IMG/VR virus record: IMGVR_UViG_3300032334_001488
Coordinates: 2,502 to 66,501 of that record
Source: a virus
Reading direction: 5' to 3' (one strand)
DNA length: 64,000 nucleotides
In this document: positions 51,427-61,424 of the stretch, piece after piece
How the letters are laid out: each line of letters starts with the position of its first letter
Position numbering within the stretch: position 1 is the stretch's first letter
The notes under the pieces: model-generated
Database searches by the model: none
The model's input: the letters and a program-made list of their open reading frames with translations, nothing else
Told to the model about the DNA's origin: nothing
Position numbers and translations under genes: made by a program

Positions 51427-54400
51427 ATGACACTTTTTTACAACGTTGCAAATAAAGCCTGGAATCTAACACCATATGAACTAGAAAAAACTGATTTACC
51501 AACAACAAAAACACTATACCTTATATACTCATTTGCACCGTATGAAAATGGTAAAGGAGGAGGAGTCACAAGTTATTCACTATCTGAAACTCCTCCTGCT
51601 ACACCCGCTCCTTATAGATACAGAAGTGAAACAATTTACCCCCCGGCACCAACATATACAATTTTAAAATTAACGCCATCGGGATCTTCTAATTTAGGGT
51701 TATCTGGCATTGGTTTTATTCCTGCAAATATTACAGGAACAATAGCGGCAACTGTTAAAACTCTTCAGCTTAATGAAGAAGATAATAATAAGGCAATAAT
51801 TACAAATAAAAAACTTGTTGCAAAAAATGAATTTGAAGCGCAAGCAAAGGCTTCAATTGATAACTTAAAAAAAGTAGTAAATATTCAGTCAACTGCTCCG
51901 GTCAGTAAGTATGTAACCGTTCAGAATGAAATTAAAAACTTAAAGTATCTTTTAACCAACGGAGGCCATACCAGTGAAGAAGCCGATAAAGAAATAAACA
52001 ACTTAATAGCACCGTACTCCGGCTCCCTGGATCAATATTACAGAAACGATCCAAGCATAAAACCTTCGATTTATTCAGCTACCGACCAAGACAAGTTACT
52101 GCTATCTAATAGAGAGGGTGCGCTTAGCGCAAATCAAACCTTTGATCGTTTTAATAAGTATAGAAATGGAACCTCGGGATACTTTTTTGATAAAACAGAT
52201 TTAGGAAAACAAGCCGCAAAAGAATGGGATGACGCACTAAACTCAAATGATCTAGACATACTTCTTCGCTATGACTATAGCAAAGAACAGTATGGTCTTT
52301 CTAAATACTTACAAGCCCTTAAGGGAGATCCCAATAATATAAATATTCGCGGTAGCGAAATTGCTCCGCTTAAAAGTCAAGAATATAAAGAGCCTATTAG
52401 GACGGATGCAAATAATGCTGAAATAAGAGACAATATTTTTGGCTTAAGGTCTACTACGGATGAGACTGGCGCATTAACTTACGAGCTAAAAAATACTGGA
52501 ACAGGAGAAGAATTAGCATCTTTTGTAAAAAGTAATAAAACTGCAAGCAATCTATTTGCGCAAGCACAAAAAGAAGCTGGTCTTTTAGAGTTGGGAAATA
52601 TTTCAGGCCCGTGGACAAAACTTGTAAATGATGTTTCAAGTACAAAGGGTGTAAAAACAGACCTTAAAACAATAACAAGTTCAGAGGCAGCGTTTGCCAG
52701 CTTTCTAGGATTAGCGGCAACCCTGGATCCACAACAAAATAGTCAAGTAATTTCTAACAACAAGACCCTTTACGATTCTATTAATGGTTTAAATTCTGAC
52801 TCAACATTTACTGAGCTGACTTCTTCCGCTCCAGAAATTACAAATGTTTTTAAACAGGTAATTAGTCAATCAGATGTTGCTCAAAAACAACAGTTTGACG
52901 TATTACGCAAACAGGCGTTAACCGATACTATTGCAGCACTAAAAGAAGCAAAACAAAAAGAAGGTAAAATTGCTTACTTTCAACCTCTTATCAAAGATCT
53001 TCAGTCCGTACAGGATGAGTTCAATGCATCAATAAATAGTGCAGTCTTAAGTGATTCTGGGCTAGGAAATGTTAATCCTATTGGAGGACAACAAGCAAAT
53101 ACACAACAAAAATACAAACTAGACTTTGGCATTAATAATATTTTTAACACAAGAAACGGTTTGATTTATAACTGGCAAGATTGGATAAACAATGAAATTG
53201 AAAAGAAATATGCTGGCGGCATTGATATCCCAAATGATTATGTTCCATTAAATTTGCGCACAGAGGCAAATGGATTTATTGATAAAACAGGGTGGAGCAA
53301 TGAAAAGAAAGCAGCTTGGGACAAGGCAGACAAAGCGTATCTTACTTTAAAAACAAATCCAAATGATTTTACATCTAAAAATGTAATTAAAAATCTTCCA
53401 GAGGGATACGTTCCAGTAGAAAACAGAAAACTAGTTCAAGATAGTTGGAAAAAATATGAAGATCAATTGAAAGCTAATGGATATGTGGACCCAGAAACAG
53501 TAACTTCTTGGAAACAGTACGACGATGCCTGGCGTAATTGGCAGGATCAGCCCGAAGGATCCAGCGCAAAAGCTGCAGCCCTTGAGGCGTACAACAAACT
53601 TCAAAAACCAGAGGGATATATTCCGCCAGACAAGCGGATGGGACAAGAGGTTCAGTTTGCTAGAGATTTTTACACTCAATACTTAAAGCCGCGCTTTGAT
53701 GCCTCACAATCAATTGCTGAATTTCAAGATTATATTGATGTTACAGATAAAACTCAAAACCCATTTCAAACGCAAGACAAAGTAAACGCCTTAAAAATGG
53801 CGGCGCAAAATGATATAACCAGGTGGTACGCAAACTTACAAAAACTAAACAATACAGAGCAAGGATTTAATGCTGAGTACTACATTGATCCAAATAAATA
53901 CCTTCAGAAATATGGCTTGGTAGGAAAAGACGCTAAAGGCGGAGAAATTGGTTTATTGGCTCCTGATGCCTTTGATGGGTTTGTTGATACCGTAGCTGGT
54001 TTCAATAACTCTGTTCAGGCAAAAAGAGTTGCAGATGATTGGGAGGCGGCAAAAGCTGGAAGAATTACTAAAGATGATCAAGGAAATGCTATTAACTGGG
54101 CAGCAAAAGCTTATGAGTATGGGATTGATATTACAAATCCAAACGAATTTGCAAAACTGCACTACCAAATGGTTGGGCTGCGTGCAGCCAAAAAAGATAA
54201 AGATGGAAACATTGTTTACCAACAAGATGATAAAGGCAATTACATCTTGGATTCACAAGGCAATAAAATGCCTGAACTTTTGTCATATGACGGTTCACCA
54301 GCAATGCTGGCACCTAACATTGCAAACTTATATATTTCAAAAGTATTAACACCTCTTTTAATCAAAGAAGCTGATAAAATTGGCACTGTTTTTGGTCAGT

Positions 54401-55248
54401 TTATTAAACCTGAAGAATATGTAAATAATTTGGTTAAAGCCGTAGGTTTAGTTCAAGGCACTCCTGAATGGCAAAAACTCCTCAAAGATCATGGCCTAGA
54501 TCCGAATAGTTCCTTAACAGATTTAAAAAACGAATTAGCATCAGCCCTGGCGCAAGATTCAACGGTAAACATTAAAAACGCAATTGGTGGTTTAATCGAC
54601 CAGCAAGCTGAAATTAATCAGCTGACTGCTGGAGTTGAATACATTCAAAAAGACACAACCCCTACTGGCACAACAACACAGCCAAGCGGTGTGTATGCAG
54701 TTTTTAAAAATGCTGGATTTACTGGTACCGAGCAACAATTTTACGATCAATTCATGCCTGGGGCCAGTAAAGAAGACATTAACATAATTAATGCTGCGTA
54801 TACTCCAGGAGGAATCAAAGATCTTACTGGAATAGATACAACAGCCAGCGCAACAGATCAATTCACAAACATTAGTTCTTTATTTGGAGATACAAGTTTT
54901 TCTGAGATATCTTCTTTAACAGGAAAAGGAACAACAACTGCTGCACCAAAGACTTCATTACTTTCGTTTGATGAGACTAGCACGGAAGATTCTTTTACTT
55001 TTAAGGATCCGTTTGCGACTTCTTCTGGTAAAGAAGAAATAGGAATTGGCGACCCATTTGATGAAGTTGGCATAGGAGATCCCTTTGCGGAAACTAGTGA
55101 TCCATTCTCAGATAGTTCCAATCCATTTGGAACAATTACAGCAAATACCAGTAGTAAAATTAATTCTATAGGTAATTTTTTCCCAAGTCTTTCAAGTAGT
55201 TCTAAAAGTAACTCCTTTGCTGACTTCTCTTCCTGGACTAGCTTCTGA
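51427..55248 (+). CDS. Large virion protein (unknown; tail/ejection candidate)
   Basis: 1273 aa; internal W..Y/P.GY.P repeats; C-terminal DPF repeats. Confidence 0.7.
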   Translation: MTLFYNVANKAWNLTPYELEKTDLPTTKTLYLIYSFAPYENGKGGGVTSYSLSETPPATPAPYRYRSETIYPPAPTYTILKLTPSGSSNLGLSGIGFIPANITGTIAATVKTLQLNEEDNNKAIITNKKLVAKNEFEAQAKASIDNLKKVVNIQSTAPVSKYVTVQNEIKNLKYLLTNGGHTSEEADKEINNLIAPYSGSLDQYYRNDPSIKPSIYSATDQDKLLLSNREGALSANQTFDRFNKYRNGTSGYFFDKTDLGKQAAKEWDDALNSNDLDILLRYDYSKEQYGLSKYLQALKGDPNNINIRGSEIAPLKSQEYKEPIRTDANNAEIRDNIFGLRSTTDETGALTYELKNTGTGEELASFVKSNKTASNLFAQAQKEAGLLELGNISGPWTKLVNDVSSTKGVKTDLKTITSSEAAFASFLGLAATLDPQQNSQVISNNKTLYDSINGLNSDSTFTELTSSAPEITNVFKQVISQSDVAQKQQFDVLRKQALTDTIAALKEAKQKEGKIAYFQPLIKDLQSVQDEFNASINSAVLSDSGLGNVNPIGGQQANTQQKYKLDFGINNIFNTRNGLIYNWQDWINNEIEKKYAGGIDIPNDYVPLNLRTEANGFIDKTGWSNEKKAAWDKADKAYLTLKTNPNDFTSKNVIKNLPEGYVPVENRKLVQDSWKKYEDQLKANGYVDPETVTSWKQYDDAWRNWQDQPEGSSAKAAALEAYNKLQKPEGYIPPDKRMGQEVQFARDFYTQYLKPRFDASQSIAEFQDYIDVTDKTQNPFQTQDKVNALKMAAQNDITRWYANLQKLNNTEQGFNAEYYIDPNKYLQKYGLVGKDAKGGEIGLLAPDAFDGFVDTVAGFNNSVQAKRVADDWEAAKAGRITKDDQGNAINWAAKAYEYGIDITNPNEFAKLHYQMVGLRAAKKDKDGNIVYQQDDKGNYILDSQGNKMPELLSYDGSPAMLAPNIANLYISKVLTPLLIKEADKIGTVFGQFIKPEEYVNNLVKAVGLVQGTPEWQKLLKDHGLDPNSSLTDLKNELASALAQDSTVNIKNAIGGLIDQQAEINQLTAGVEYIQKDTTPTGTTTQPSGVYAVFKNAGFTGTEQQFYDQFMPGASKEDINIINAAYTPGGIKDLTGIDTTASATDQFTNISSLFGDTSFSEISSLTGKGTTTAAPKTSLLSFDETSTEDSFTFKDPFATSSGKEEIGIGDPFDEVGIGDPFAETSDPFSDSSNPFGTITANTSSKINSIGNFFPSLSSSSKSNSFADFSSWTSF

Positions 55249-55538
55249 TGTCAGAACAACATAAAAAAGCCGCAAGTGCAGCGCATCGTTATCAGAAGGA
55301 TGAGATGACTTGCAACAAGCCGCAGAAGGCTCCTCCAGGGGACACCCATAAGTGGGTTGTTAAATCTTGCTACGACGGTGAAGAGAAGATTGTGCGCTAT
55401 GGTAGGCGCGGTTACCAGGACTACACACAGCATCACGACAAGGACCGCCGTACCAACTTCCGTGCTCGCATGGGGTGCGACAAGCCCATGGATAAAAACA
55501 CCCCACGGTACTGGGCATGCTCTCGCCTCTGGGCGTAA
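55248..55538 (+). CDS. Conserved small basic phage protein
   Basis: K.VRYG..GY.DYT.H.D..RR.NFRAR..C......TP.YW.C..LW. Confidence 0.7.
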   Translation: MSEQHKKAASAAHRYQKDEMTCNKPQKAPPGDTHKWVVKSCYDGEEKIVRYGRRGYQDYTQHHDKDRRTNFRARMGCDKPMDKNTPRYWACSRLWA

Positions 55539-55566
55539 ATGGCTATGGTAGAATAGACTTAATTCT

Positions 55567-56040
55567 TTGAAGTCTATGATTACTAACAAAGGGGTTTGGC
55601 GTTATGTGCAAGCATTTTGCGTTGATTGCAATAAAGAAAAACAAGTTCGTATTGATGCATGGAATCGTCTAAACCAGCAGTGGCGCTGTTTAAGCTGTGC
55701 AACTAAAAAAAATTTTAAAGATAATCCCAAGCTAAAAGAAATTTTAAAAGAAAGCCATATTACGCATGGCGAATCAAAAAACAAAAATAAAAAAGGTCAT
55801 TGGCTTTACAGCCGGTGGCAAAAAATGAAAGCACGGTGCAAGCGCTGGCCTACTTACATAGAAAAAAATATTAAAGTTTGCGATGAGTGGGAAACTAGTT
55901 ACACTCTTTTTAAGAAATGGGCAGAGGCAAACAACGCGGATCCCTCTTTAGAGCTAGATAGAATTAACAATCATGGGAACTATGAACCAGCAAACTGCCG
56001 GTGGGTTACACATCAAGAAAACTGTAACAATAGGAAATAA
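55567..56040 (+). CDS. HNH-like homing endonuclease
   Basis: THGES...LY.RW..MK.RC...I.VC.EW...F..WA......LDRINN.GNYEP.NCRWVT..EN..N. Confidence 0.85.
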   Translation: MKSMITNKGVWRYVQAFCVDCNKEKQVRIDAWNRLNQQWRCLSCATKKNFKDNPKLKEILKESHITHGESKNKNKKGHWLYSRWQKMKARCKRWPTYIEKNIKVCDEWETSYTLFKKWAEANNADPSLELDRINNHGNYEPANCRWVTHQENCNNRK

Positions 56041-56087
56041 AGCCTGCTCTCGTCTCTGGTAAGATACAAGCTGTTCACTTCTGATCC

Positions 56088-56207
56088 ATGGCCAAAGCTA
56101 AAGCTGTTGCAAACAAGATCGAGTCCAAGCCCAAGAAGACTCGTCAAGGGGATGGCCAGCACTCCAAGCCATCCCATGGCCGCAAAAAAAGCCGTGGCCA
56201 AGGCTAA
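56088..56207 (+). CDS. Small basic protein (39 aa)
   Basis: MAKAKAVANKIESKPKKTRQGDGQHSKPSHGRKKSRGQG; TAAGAT -10. Confidence 0.65.
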   Translation: MAKAKAVANKIESKPKKTRQGDGQHSKPSHGRKKSRGQG

Positions 56208-56253
56208 TATCAACACTTAAGATGTGTATGATGGGAGTACATATTGTGCTCCC

Positions 56254-56943
56254 ATGTCTTACTATCCTCTTGCTCTGGAGCTAATCTGTAAGCACGAAGG
56301 CTTTAATGAAAAAGCCTATGCTGATCCAGAGACAGGAGGTGCTCCTTATACGTTTGGCTTTGGCACGCAATTTTACCAAGACGGCTCACCTGTAAAGTCT
56401 GGTCATTGTTGCACTAAACAAAAAGCCCTGGAATATTTGATGCACGAGATACGTGCAATTGAGAAGGAGCTAAATGAATTAAACCTGCACCTAGACGAAT
56501 ATATGAGGCAGGCCTTGATCTCGTTTATTCATTCGGTAGGATGGAAACCATTCTTATATAGCGCATTGATTGACTGTATTGAAGTTGAAGATTGGGCTGG
56601 TGTTGTAGAAGAATTTTCCCAGTGGATTTTTGATCAAGAACACCAGGTAATTGGAGGTCTTCTGGAACGCCGCAGAGAAGAAAGCATGTTGTTCTTGACT
56701 GAAGTAAAGCAAGCCATACCCAAATGTGAAGATTTGTTGCTGACTGCGTTTAGGAGTTACGCTGCGTCCACTGAGCAAATATCCGCCATTCGCAAACTAG
56801 AGCAAAAAATCAACCCTTACGTTCTTGCGGAATTTGCAAATGACTTTTCAATTACAAAAGACCCCTGGGTGCCACTGAACGACGAATCACTCGATAGTCT
56901 TTTTCAGTTTCCAGGAGACTGTTGGCATGAAGATCGGGCTTAG
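56254..56943 (+). CDS. Lysozyme (GH24-like endolysin)
   Basis: LI..HEG....AY.D.......T.G.GT catalytic E-D-T triad; AL.SF; GL..RR..E..LF. Confidence 0.85.
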   Translation: MSYYPLALELICKHEGFNEKAYADPETGGAPYTFGFGTQFYQDGSPVKSGHCCTKQKALEYLMHEIRAIEKELNELNLHLDEYMRQALISFIHSVGWKPFLYSALIDCIEVEDWAGVVEEFSQWIFDQEHQVIGGLLERRREESMLFLTEVKQAIPKCEDLLLTAFRSYAASTEQISAIRKLEQKINPYVLAEFANDFSITKDPWVPLNDESLDSLFQFPGDCWHEDRA

Positions 56944-56972
56944 AATAGAATCACAAAAGCTTGTTGATTCCA

Positions 56973-57260
56973 ATGGAAGACTTTCCAGAACCCAAGGAAT
57001 TTGAACTTCCATTGGAACTCCAGTTTTCTATGCGGAAAGCTGAGCTTGCTGCAGAGGAAATGACCTGGGATGAACTGCGTGCCGCATTACTTAATCTGTA
57101 CTACCGTAGATTAATGGAATGGCAAGCAATCAAGACCATCATGGAAAACGAAAATATTATTCTTGAGTTTGATATTCCAACGGATATTGAGTTAGAGGCG
57201 CTTGCCGTCGCCTGTACAGAAGATGATGACGACGGCGAAGATCTGCCTATTCCTTTTTAA
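56973..57260 (+). CDS. nblA: NblA-like phycobilisome degradation protein
   Basis: ELPLELQFSMRK......MT.DEL...LL.LY...L......K.IM matches the NblA L.LEQQF...M..EQ....L..LY pattern. Confidence 0.65.
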   Translation: MEDFPEPKEFELPLELQFSMRKAELAAEEMTWDELRAALLNLYYRRLMEWQAIKTIMENENIILEFDIPTDIELEALAVACTEDDDDGEDLPIPF

Positions 57261-57733
57261 ACGTAGTCACTCTCTAAGCGATCAATCAAACGATTAAGAT
57301 ACCAACGCGCTTTTTTGGCATCTTGCAGCATATTGCCTTTATACCAAAGCCGTAACAAATATTTTAATGTTTGCCACAGCAAGCCGCCGCTAATTGGATC
57401 TGGAGCATCTTGTACTGCTTGTTCCAGAATTTCAATGACTTCGACTTTGCCGGCAGTGTAATGCTCAGGATGGTTTACTGGATCGCCCTTTGGCGCCACA
57501 GATGCTTTGGTAGCTGTTGCCCAGGGGACTGGGCATACGCCATCAACACATTCAGTTGTAATGCCGTAATCTACCGGAGGACAGGAGTTGGGTTCAAGTT
57601 GACCAGTAATTTCTGACCCATTGGCAGTGTTCCTGGGTACAGATGGGCTTCCTCCATCGACGGAATGGAACCAGTCACGCCGGGTCGATTGCCCTCCAAT
57701 GCTAAATTCGTTCTCGGTCTGCTGTCCTGACAC
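57257..57733 (-). CDS. DUF3310 / T7 gp1.7-like nucleotide kinase domain protein
   Basis: DPVNHP.HYT.G.VE.IE...KYL.R...K....D.KKA.WYL.RLI. Confidence 0.8.
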   Translation of the reverse strand: MSGQQTENEFSIGGQSTRRDWFHSVDGGSPSVPRNTANGSEITGQLEPNSCPPVDYGITTECVDGVCPVPWATATKASVAPKGDPVNHPEHYTAGKVEVIEILEQAVQDAPDPISGGLLWQTLKYLLRLWYKGNMLQDAKKARWYLNRLIDRLESDYV

Positions 57734-57891
57734 AGTGCTAGTCCACGGTTATATTGATCATAGATCGGAACGTCATGCTTTGCGGTTGCCATGGGGGCAC
57801 CAAAATCACAACAGCATGCCATTCGCTTAAGCAGCTCGTCATCACTGGTAATAAATTGATTTAGAAACGCATCGGGATCGGGAGTATTCAT
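57571..57891 (-). CDS. Hypothetical protein
   Basis: MNTPDPD start; overlaps the DUF3310 gene. Confidence 0.45.
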   Translation of the reverse strand: MNTPDPDAFLNQFITSDDELLKRMACCCDFGAPMATAKHDVPIYDQYNRGLALCQDSRPRTNLALEGNRPGVTGSIPSMEEAHLYPGTLPMGQKLLVNLNPTPVLR

Positions 57892-57933
57892 TGAAATATT
57901 CAGTACATAAATACCTTCAATTAAAATATTATC

Positions 57934-58362
57934 ATGGGAAAATTTAACGAACAAACCAGTAATCACAAAGGCGGTCGCGCTTTTGTTAAACAAAGTTACG
58001 ACCCCACTTCGCATGGGGGATCATCGTCAATTGATACCAGCGATCGAAATCCTGGTAACTCTTACGTAACAGATACAAGGAATTTTGATAAGTCTGAAAA
58101 AGCCACCGCTGAAAAAGCTGGTACCAATAATCAGCGCACTGACGACCGCACGCAAAAATTTCTTGCAGCTGCCAGGGCCTCTGGTAGATTCAAACAAAAC
58201 GCATCGATTAATGAGCCAGGCATCCTAGGCAAAACTCCTCGTACTGAAGCAAGCATTAAGGGAACCAATGTCCCTACCCTTGGTGACAAGATAGGGACCA
58301 CTGGCAGTACTAACTATTCACAAAAACCAAGCGGTTCTTCTGGTACTTTTAGGGGATTTTAA
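57934..58362 (+). CDS. Hypothetical disordered protein
   Basis: TAAAAT directly upstream; S/T/G/K-rich. Confidence 0.55.
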   Translation: MGKFNEQTSNHKGGRAFVKQSYDPTSHGGSSSIDTSDRNPGNSYVTDTRNFDKSEKATAEKAGTNNQRTDDRTQKFLAAARASGRFKQNASINEPGILGKTPRTEASIKGTNVPTLGDKIGTTGSTNYSQKPSGSSGTFRGF

Positions 58363-58574
58363 GATTCTCTGTGATTTACTTCTTCCATCTCAAGAGCATC
58401 TCTAAGCTGTTTAAAGTTTTCTTCAAGCATATTTAATACCCATTGAATGTTGTCGGATCGATAGCGCACTAGACGATCACTTAATTCTTTATTGCGTAAC
58501 TCAACTACGTCTCCGTAGATAAGCTCTAATATGTCAAGGCGTTGGTCAAGATCAATATAAGAAATTTTAGTCAT
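58359..58574 (-). CDS. Hypothetical protein
   Basis: Coupled to dcd. Confidence 0.55.
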   Translation of the reverse strand: MTKISYIDLDQRLDILELIYGDVVELRNKELSDRLVRYRSDNIQWVLNMLEENFKQLRDALEMEEVNHRES

Positions 58575-59158
58575 GGCTTGGAAAACACAATTTCTTTTTT
58601 CTGGTCTTGATACTTGCCTTTACGATCTTGATACGACACCTCGCAAGGCTCACCACGATAGAACAACAGTTGCGTAATGCCTTCGTCAGCGTAAATACGA
58701 TTAAACAAGCCAGTGCAATTGCTAATTTCCAACGTAAGGTACCCCTCCCAGCCTGCTTCTGCTGGCGTAATATTTACCAGGATTCCTGAACGGGCATATG
58801 TTGATTTGCCCACAGCAACTACAGTCACATCACGAGGAAGTTTGATGCGTTCTTGTGCAACACCAAGGCAATACCCATAAGGAGGCAAGATAAAATACTG
58901 GCCTTTTTCGTCTTCCAACAACTCTGCATTGTGAAGAATGTCAGGGTTAAAGTCCTTGGGATCGCAATCACCAGCCTGGATGCGACCAAAGATCAAACAT
59001 TGTTTAGGAGACAGGCGAATATCATAACCATACGAGCTAAGGCCATAGCTTAAAATACGGCGACCATCTACTTCGCTGACCAATCGATCTTGGAACGGAG
59101 AAATCATTCCCTCTTGTTCTGCCAGTTCCCTGATCTCGCGGTCGCAAAGAATGCTCAT
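58571..59158 (-). CDS. dcd: dCTP deaminase
   Basis: SYGLSSYGYDIR, GKSTYARSG, TP.E.GWEG.LTLE, Y.DRKGKYQ. Confidence 0.95.
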   Translation of the reverse strand: MSILCDREIRELAEQEGMISPFQDRLVSEVDGRRILSYGLSSYGYDIRLSPKQCLIFGRIQAGDCDPKDFNPDILHNAELLEDEKGQYFILPPYGYCLGVAQERIKLPRDVTVVAVGKSTYARSGILVNITPAEAGWEGYLTLEISNCTGLFNRIYADEGITQLLFYRGEPCEVSYQDRKGKYQDQKKEIVFSKP

Positions 59159-59189
59159 TGTTTTTTCCACTCATTAATAGTCTACAAAA

Positions 59190-59774
59190 TCAACAGACTA
59201 TCCTGCCCTTTGGCGAGTAAATATTTATAAATCTTTCGGTAGCAGCAGCGGAATTGCGTTTTGGTTGCAGGTACACAACAAAGCACGTACCTGTTTTGTG
59301 GTTGCCTACCCCTTCGCTTGAATTCATTTTTAATATGGGAGGCGTCTTGAGAAAACAAATTGGAAAATCAAAAATGCGTTGATCATATCGAAGCATGTCC
59401 ATACAGTTGGTAAAGTACACAGCTTCGGTTACCACATCAGCAAGCCAAAGTTTGTAAAGTTTTTTAAACCATACCGAATGTGATGAGATCAGTGATGGAG
59501 ACGAAGCCCTAGTCAGCTTCCACTTACCTAAATCTTTACTAAAAAAGTAGGCGCCACTAGGAGGAAACAAGTAAACTTTTCCTGCCCACTCTTGGACATT
59601 TAATCCGTCATCCTGTGGTGTGTAAATTTTATCTGCACCTACAAACTCATTGGCAACACGTGAGCTAGCGGGATCTAGATCAATACTTCCCATGAGGGAG
59701 TGGGCAGCACAAGCCAAATCCGTGTTAGTGATTAGCTCACGGTCTTCAACTTTTTTTCTAAACGGTGCGCCCAT
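59190..59774 (-). CDS. Phage Dam-like N6-adenine methyltransferase homolog, degenerate catalytic motif
   Basis: IDLDPASS..AN..V.A...YT..DDGL...W.G.V.LFPPS (NPPY expected). Confidence 0.7.
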   Translation of the reverse strand: MGAPFRKKVEDRELITNTDLACAAHSLMGSIDLDPASSRVANEFVGADKIYTPQDDGLNVQEWAGKVYLFPPSGAYFFSKDLGKWKLTRASSPSLISSHSVWFKKLYKLWLADVVTEAVYFTNCMDMLRYDQRIFDFPICFLKTPPILKMNSSEGVGNHKTGTCFVVYLQPKRNSAAATERFINIYSPKGRIVC

Positions 59775-60160
59775 TAGGATTCCGATTGCTGGTTATAGTC
59801 TATTTCCAAATAGCGAATGCCTTCCTTGTCATTAATAATGTAACCGGCTTTTTCTTCCGGGTTAATTTTTTGTGCGGCACCAAGGATGCGTCTAAATGTT
59901 TCAGCTAGGTCACCGTTGTTTTCTTGTTCACACGATTCCTCGGCTGCGTGCAACTCCTTGAGCGTAAGAAAGAACATTGAACGATCTTGGTTGGATGGCT
60001 GGAAGCAAATTACGCCAGGCCCTTCCGACTCCCAGAAGCGGTTGTAGACCGTAGCCAGATCACCCAATACGAGCTTGACAACAGCATCAAGCATCTTTCC
60101 GCTGGTCTCATCAACCTTGCCCTCAAGAGCCTGGGCTATCAACTTCTCTCGGCGGCTCAT
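59774..60160 (-). CDS. Hypothetical protein
   Basis: In operon. Confidence 0.6.
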   Translation of the reverse strand: MSRREKLIAQALEGKVDETSGKMLDAVVKLVLGDLATVYNRFWESEGPGVICFQPSNQDRSMFFLTLKELHAAEESCEQENNGDLAETFRRILGAAQKINPEEKAGYIINDKEGIRYLEIDYNQQSES

Positions 60161-60614
60161 TAGGTATAAGTCCTTGCTTAAGGAGTGCTTCAGTCAGTTT
60201 AGGAAGGGGCTGGTACACAACGACAAGTTTTCCAAGAACTCCTCGTTTTTTGACCAACTTGCCAGTCTCGTCTTTCATCTTATCAAATTCCCCGGCACGA
60301 ATCAAGTATTCGGCTACGCAACGCAAACGCCTTTTTAACGGGAGTTCTGCCTGCGGAAATTTACCACAGATTGTATCTGGGACTAAATCTTTAAATGCTA
60401 AACGCAATCTATTGGCAAGGGTCATGCCAGAATTAATATCTTCCTCTTCAAATTTCTTAATATTTTCCAGGTATCGCTGGATGCACCCGTCATCAAATGA
60501 GCCGAAGGGCGGCATAAAATCTTCTAGTTGCAACGCCAAAGATTCAGGCAGTAATTGAGAATAGTTCTCAACAGTGATCTTATGTATCTCTATGCTTTGA
60601 AATCTATTCGTCAC
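60123..60614 (-). CDS. Hypothetical protein (possible winged helix)
   Basis: In operon; basic C-terminal helix-wing. Confidence 0.6.
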   Translation of the reverse strand: MTNRFQSIEIHKITVENYSQLLPESLALQLEDFMPPFGSFDDGCIQRYLENIKKFEEEDINSGMTLANRLRLAFKDLVPDTICGKFPQAELPLKRRLRCVAEYLIRAGEFDKMKDETGKLVKKRGVLGKLVVVYQPLPKLTEALLKQGLIPNEPPREVDSPGS

Positions 60615-61038
60615 GCTGAGGTTCCTCTACTCTTGTTGATTGATACATCCGGGGATTTCTTACGTCAGTAATATCTATTTCTTTAGTTTTAGCAAATGAT
60701 TGGACTAGCTGTGTCCATGGAACACGGATTACTGCTCGTTTATTATTGTCAATTGCAATATTGACATAATGAATTCCTTCCACCCATCCTTTGCCCTTTG
60801 CTTGTTTGCCTGCAAAAATCCAATTTCTAATTGTTTGATCTGATACGCTTAGCCTGCGGGCGCATTCTTCTGTAGAAATGTACTCATCCGTGAATGCCTC
60901 TGGATGTAACCTGCTTGTTTCTTCGGTTTGATACTTGCTGTGCCACATGGAAGAGAGAATGTTTTTAATCCCTTTTAACTCATGGGCAATATCTTCTAAA
61001 CCTTTTCTGATCCCATGGGTCATGGCAACATTTTTCAC
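60604..61038 (-). CDS. HTH (MerR/Xis-like) DNA-binding protein
   Basis: YISTEECARRLSVSDQTIRNWI...W.EG.HY. Confidence 0.75.
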   Translation of the reverse strand: MKNVAMTHGIRKGLEDIAHELKGIKNILSSMWHSKYQTEETSRLHPEAFTDEYISTEECARRLSVSDQTIRNWIFAGKQAKGKGWVEGIHYVNIAIDNNKRAVIRVPWTQLVQSFAKTKEIDITDVRNPRMYQSTRVEEPQRDE

Positions 61039-61079
61039 TTGTTTAATGCTAGTGTGTAAGCAAAGATTTTGCTAGGTCC

Positions 61080-61424
61080 ATGGAAGAACAGATTCCCGCC
61101 AGTCAAGTACCCCAGCAACTGCAAGGAATTTCTCCTGAGCAGCTGGCGGAAATGAAAGCACGTGCTAGAGAACAGGCAATTCGCATGACTATGCAACAAC
61201 AAACGCCTCCACCACAATCTCCTCAGGCACCCGTCACGCTCCCTGGTGGTTACGTTTATATGCCCGAAGCTCCTGAACCTAAGATTGTTTATGTGCGTCG
61301 TAACATGACCGTTGCGGAAATCCTGGTAATGGTAGTCCTTTCTTGCGTTATTGTTGGCGGCATTCAAGGAGTTTGGAATTTTACCTCCAAGTATCTGCCG
61401 CAAATTGAAGTTCGAGTCAAGTAA
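61080..61424 (+). CDS. Membrane protein with a P/Q-rich N-terminus
   Basis: C-terminal TM helix ILVMVVLSCVIVGGI. Confidence 0.65.
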   Translation: MEEQIPASQVPQQLQGISPEQLAEMKARAREQAIRMTMQQQTPPPQSPQAPVTLPGGYVYMPEAPEPKIVYVRRNMTVAEILVMVVLSCVIVGGIQGVWNFTSKYLPQIEVRVK

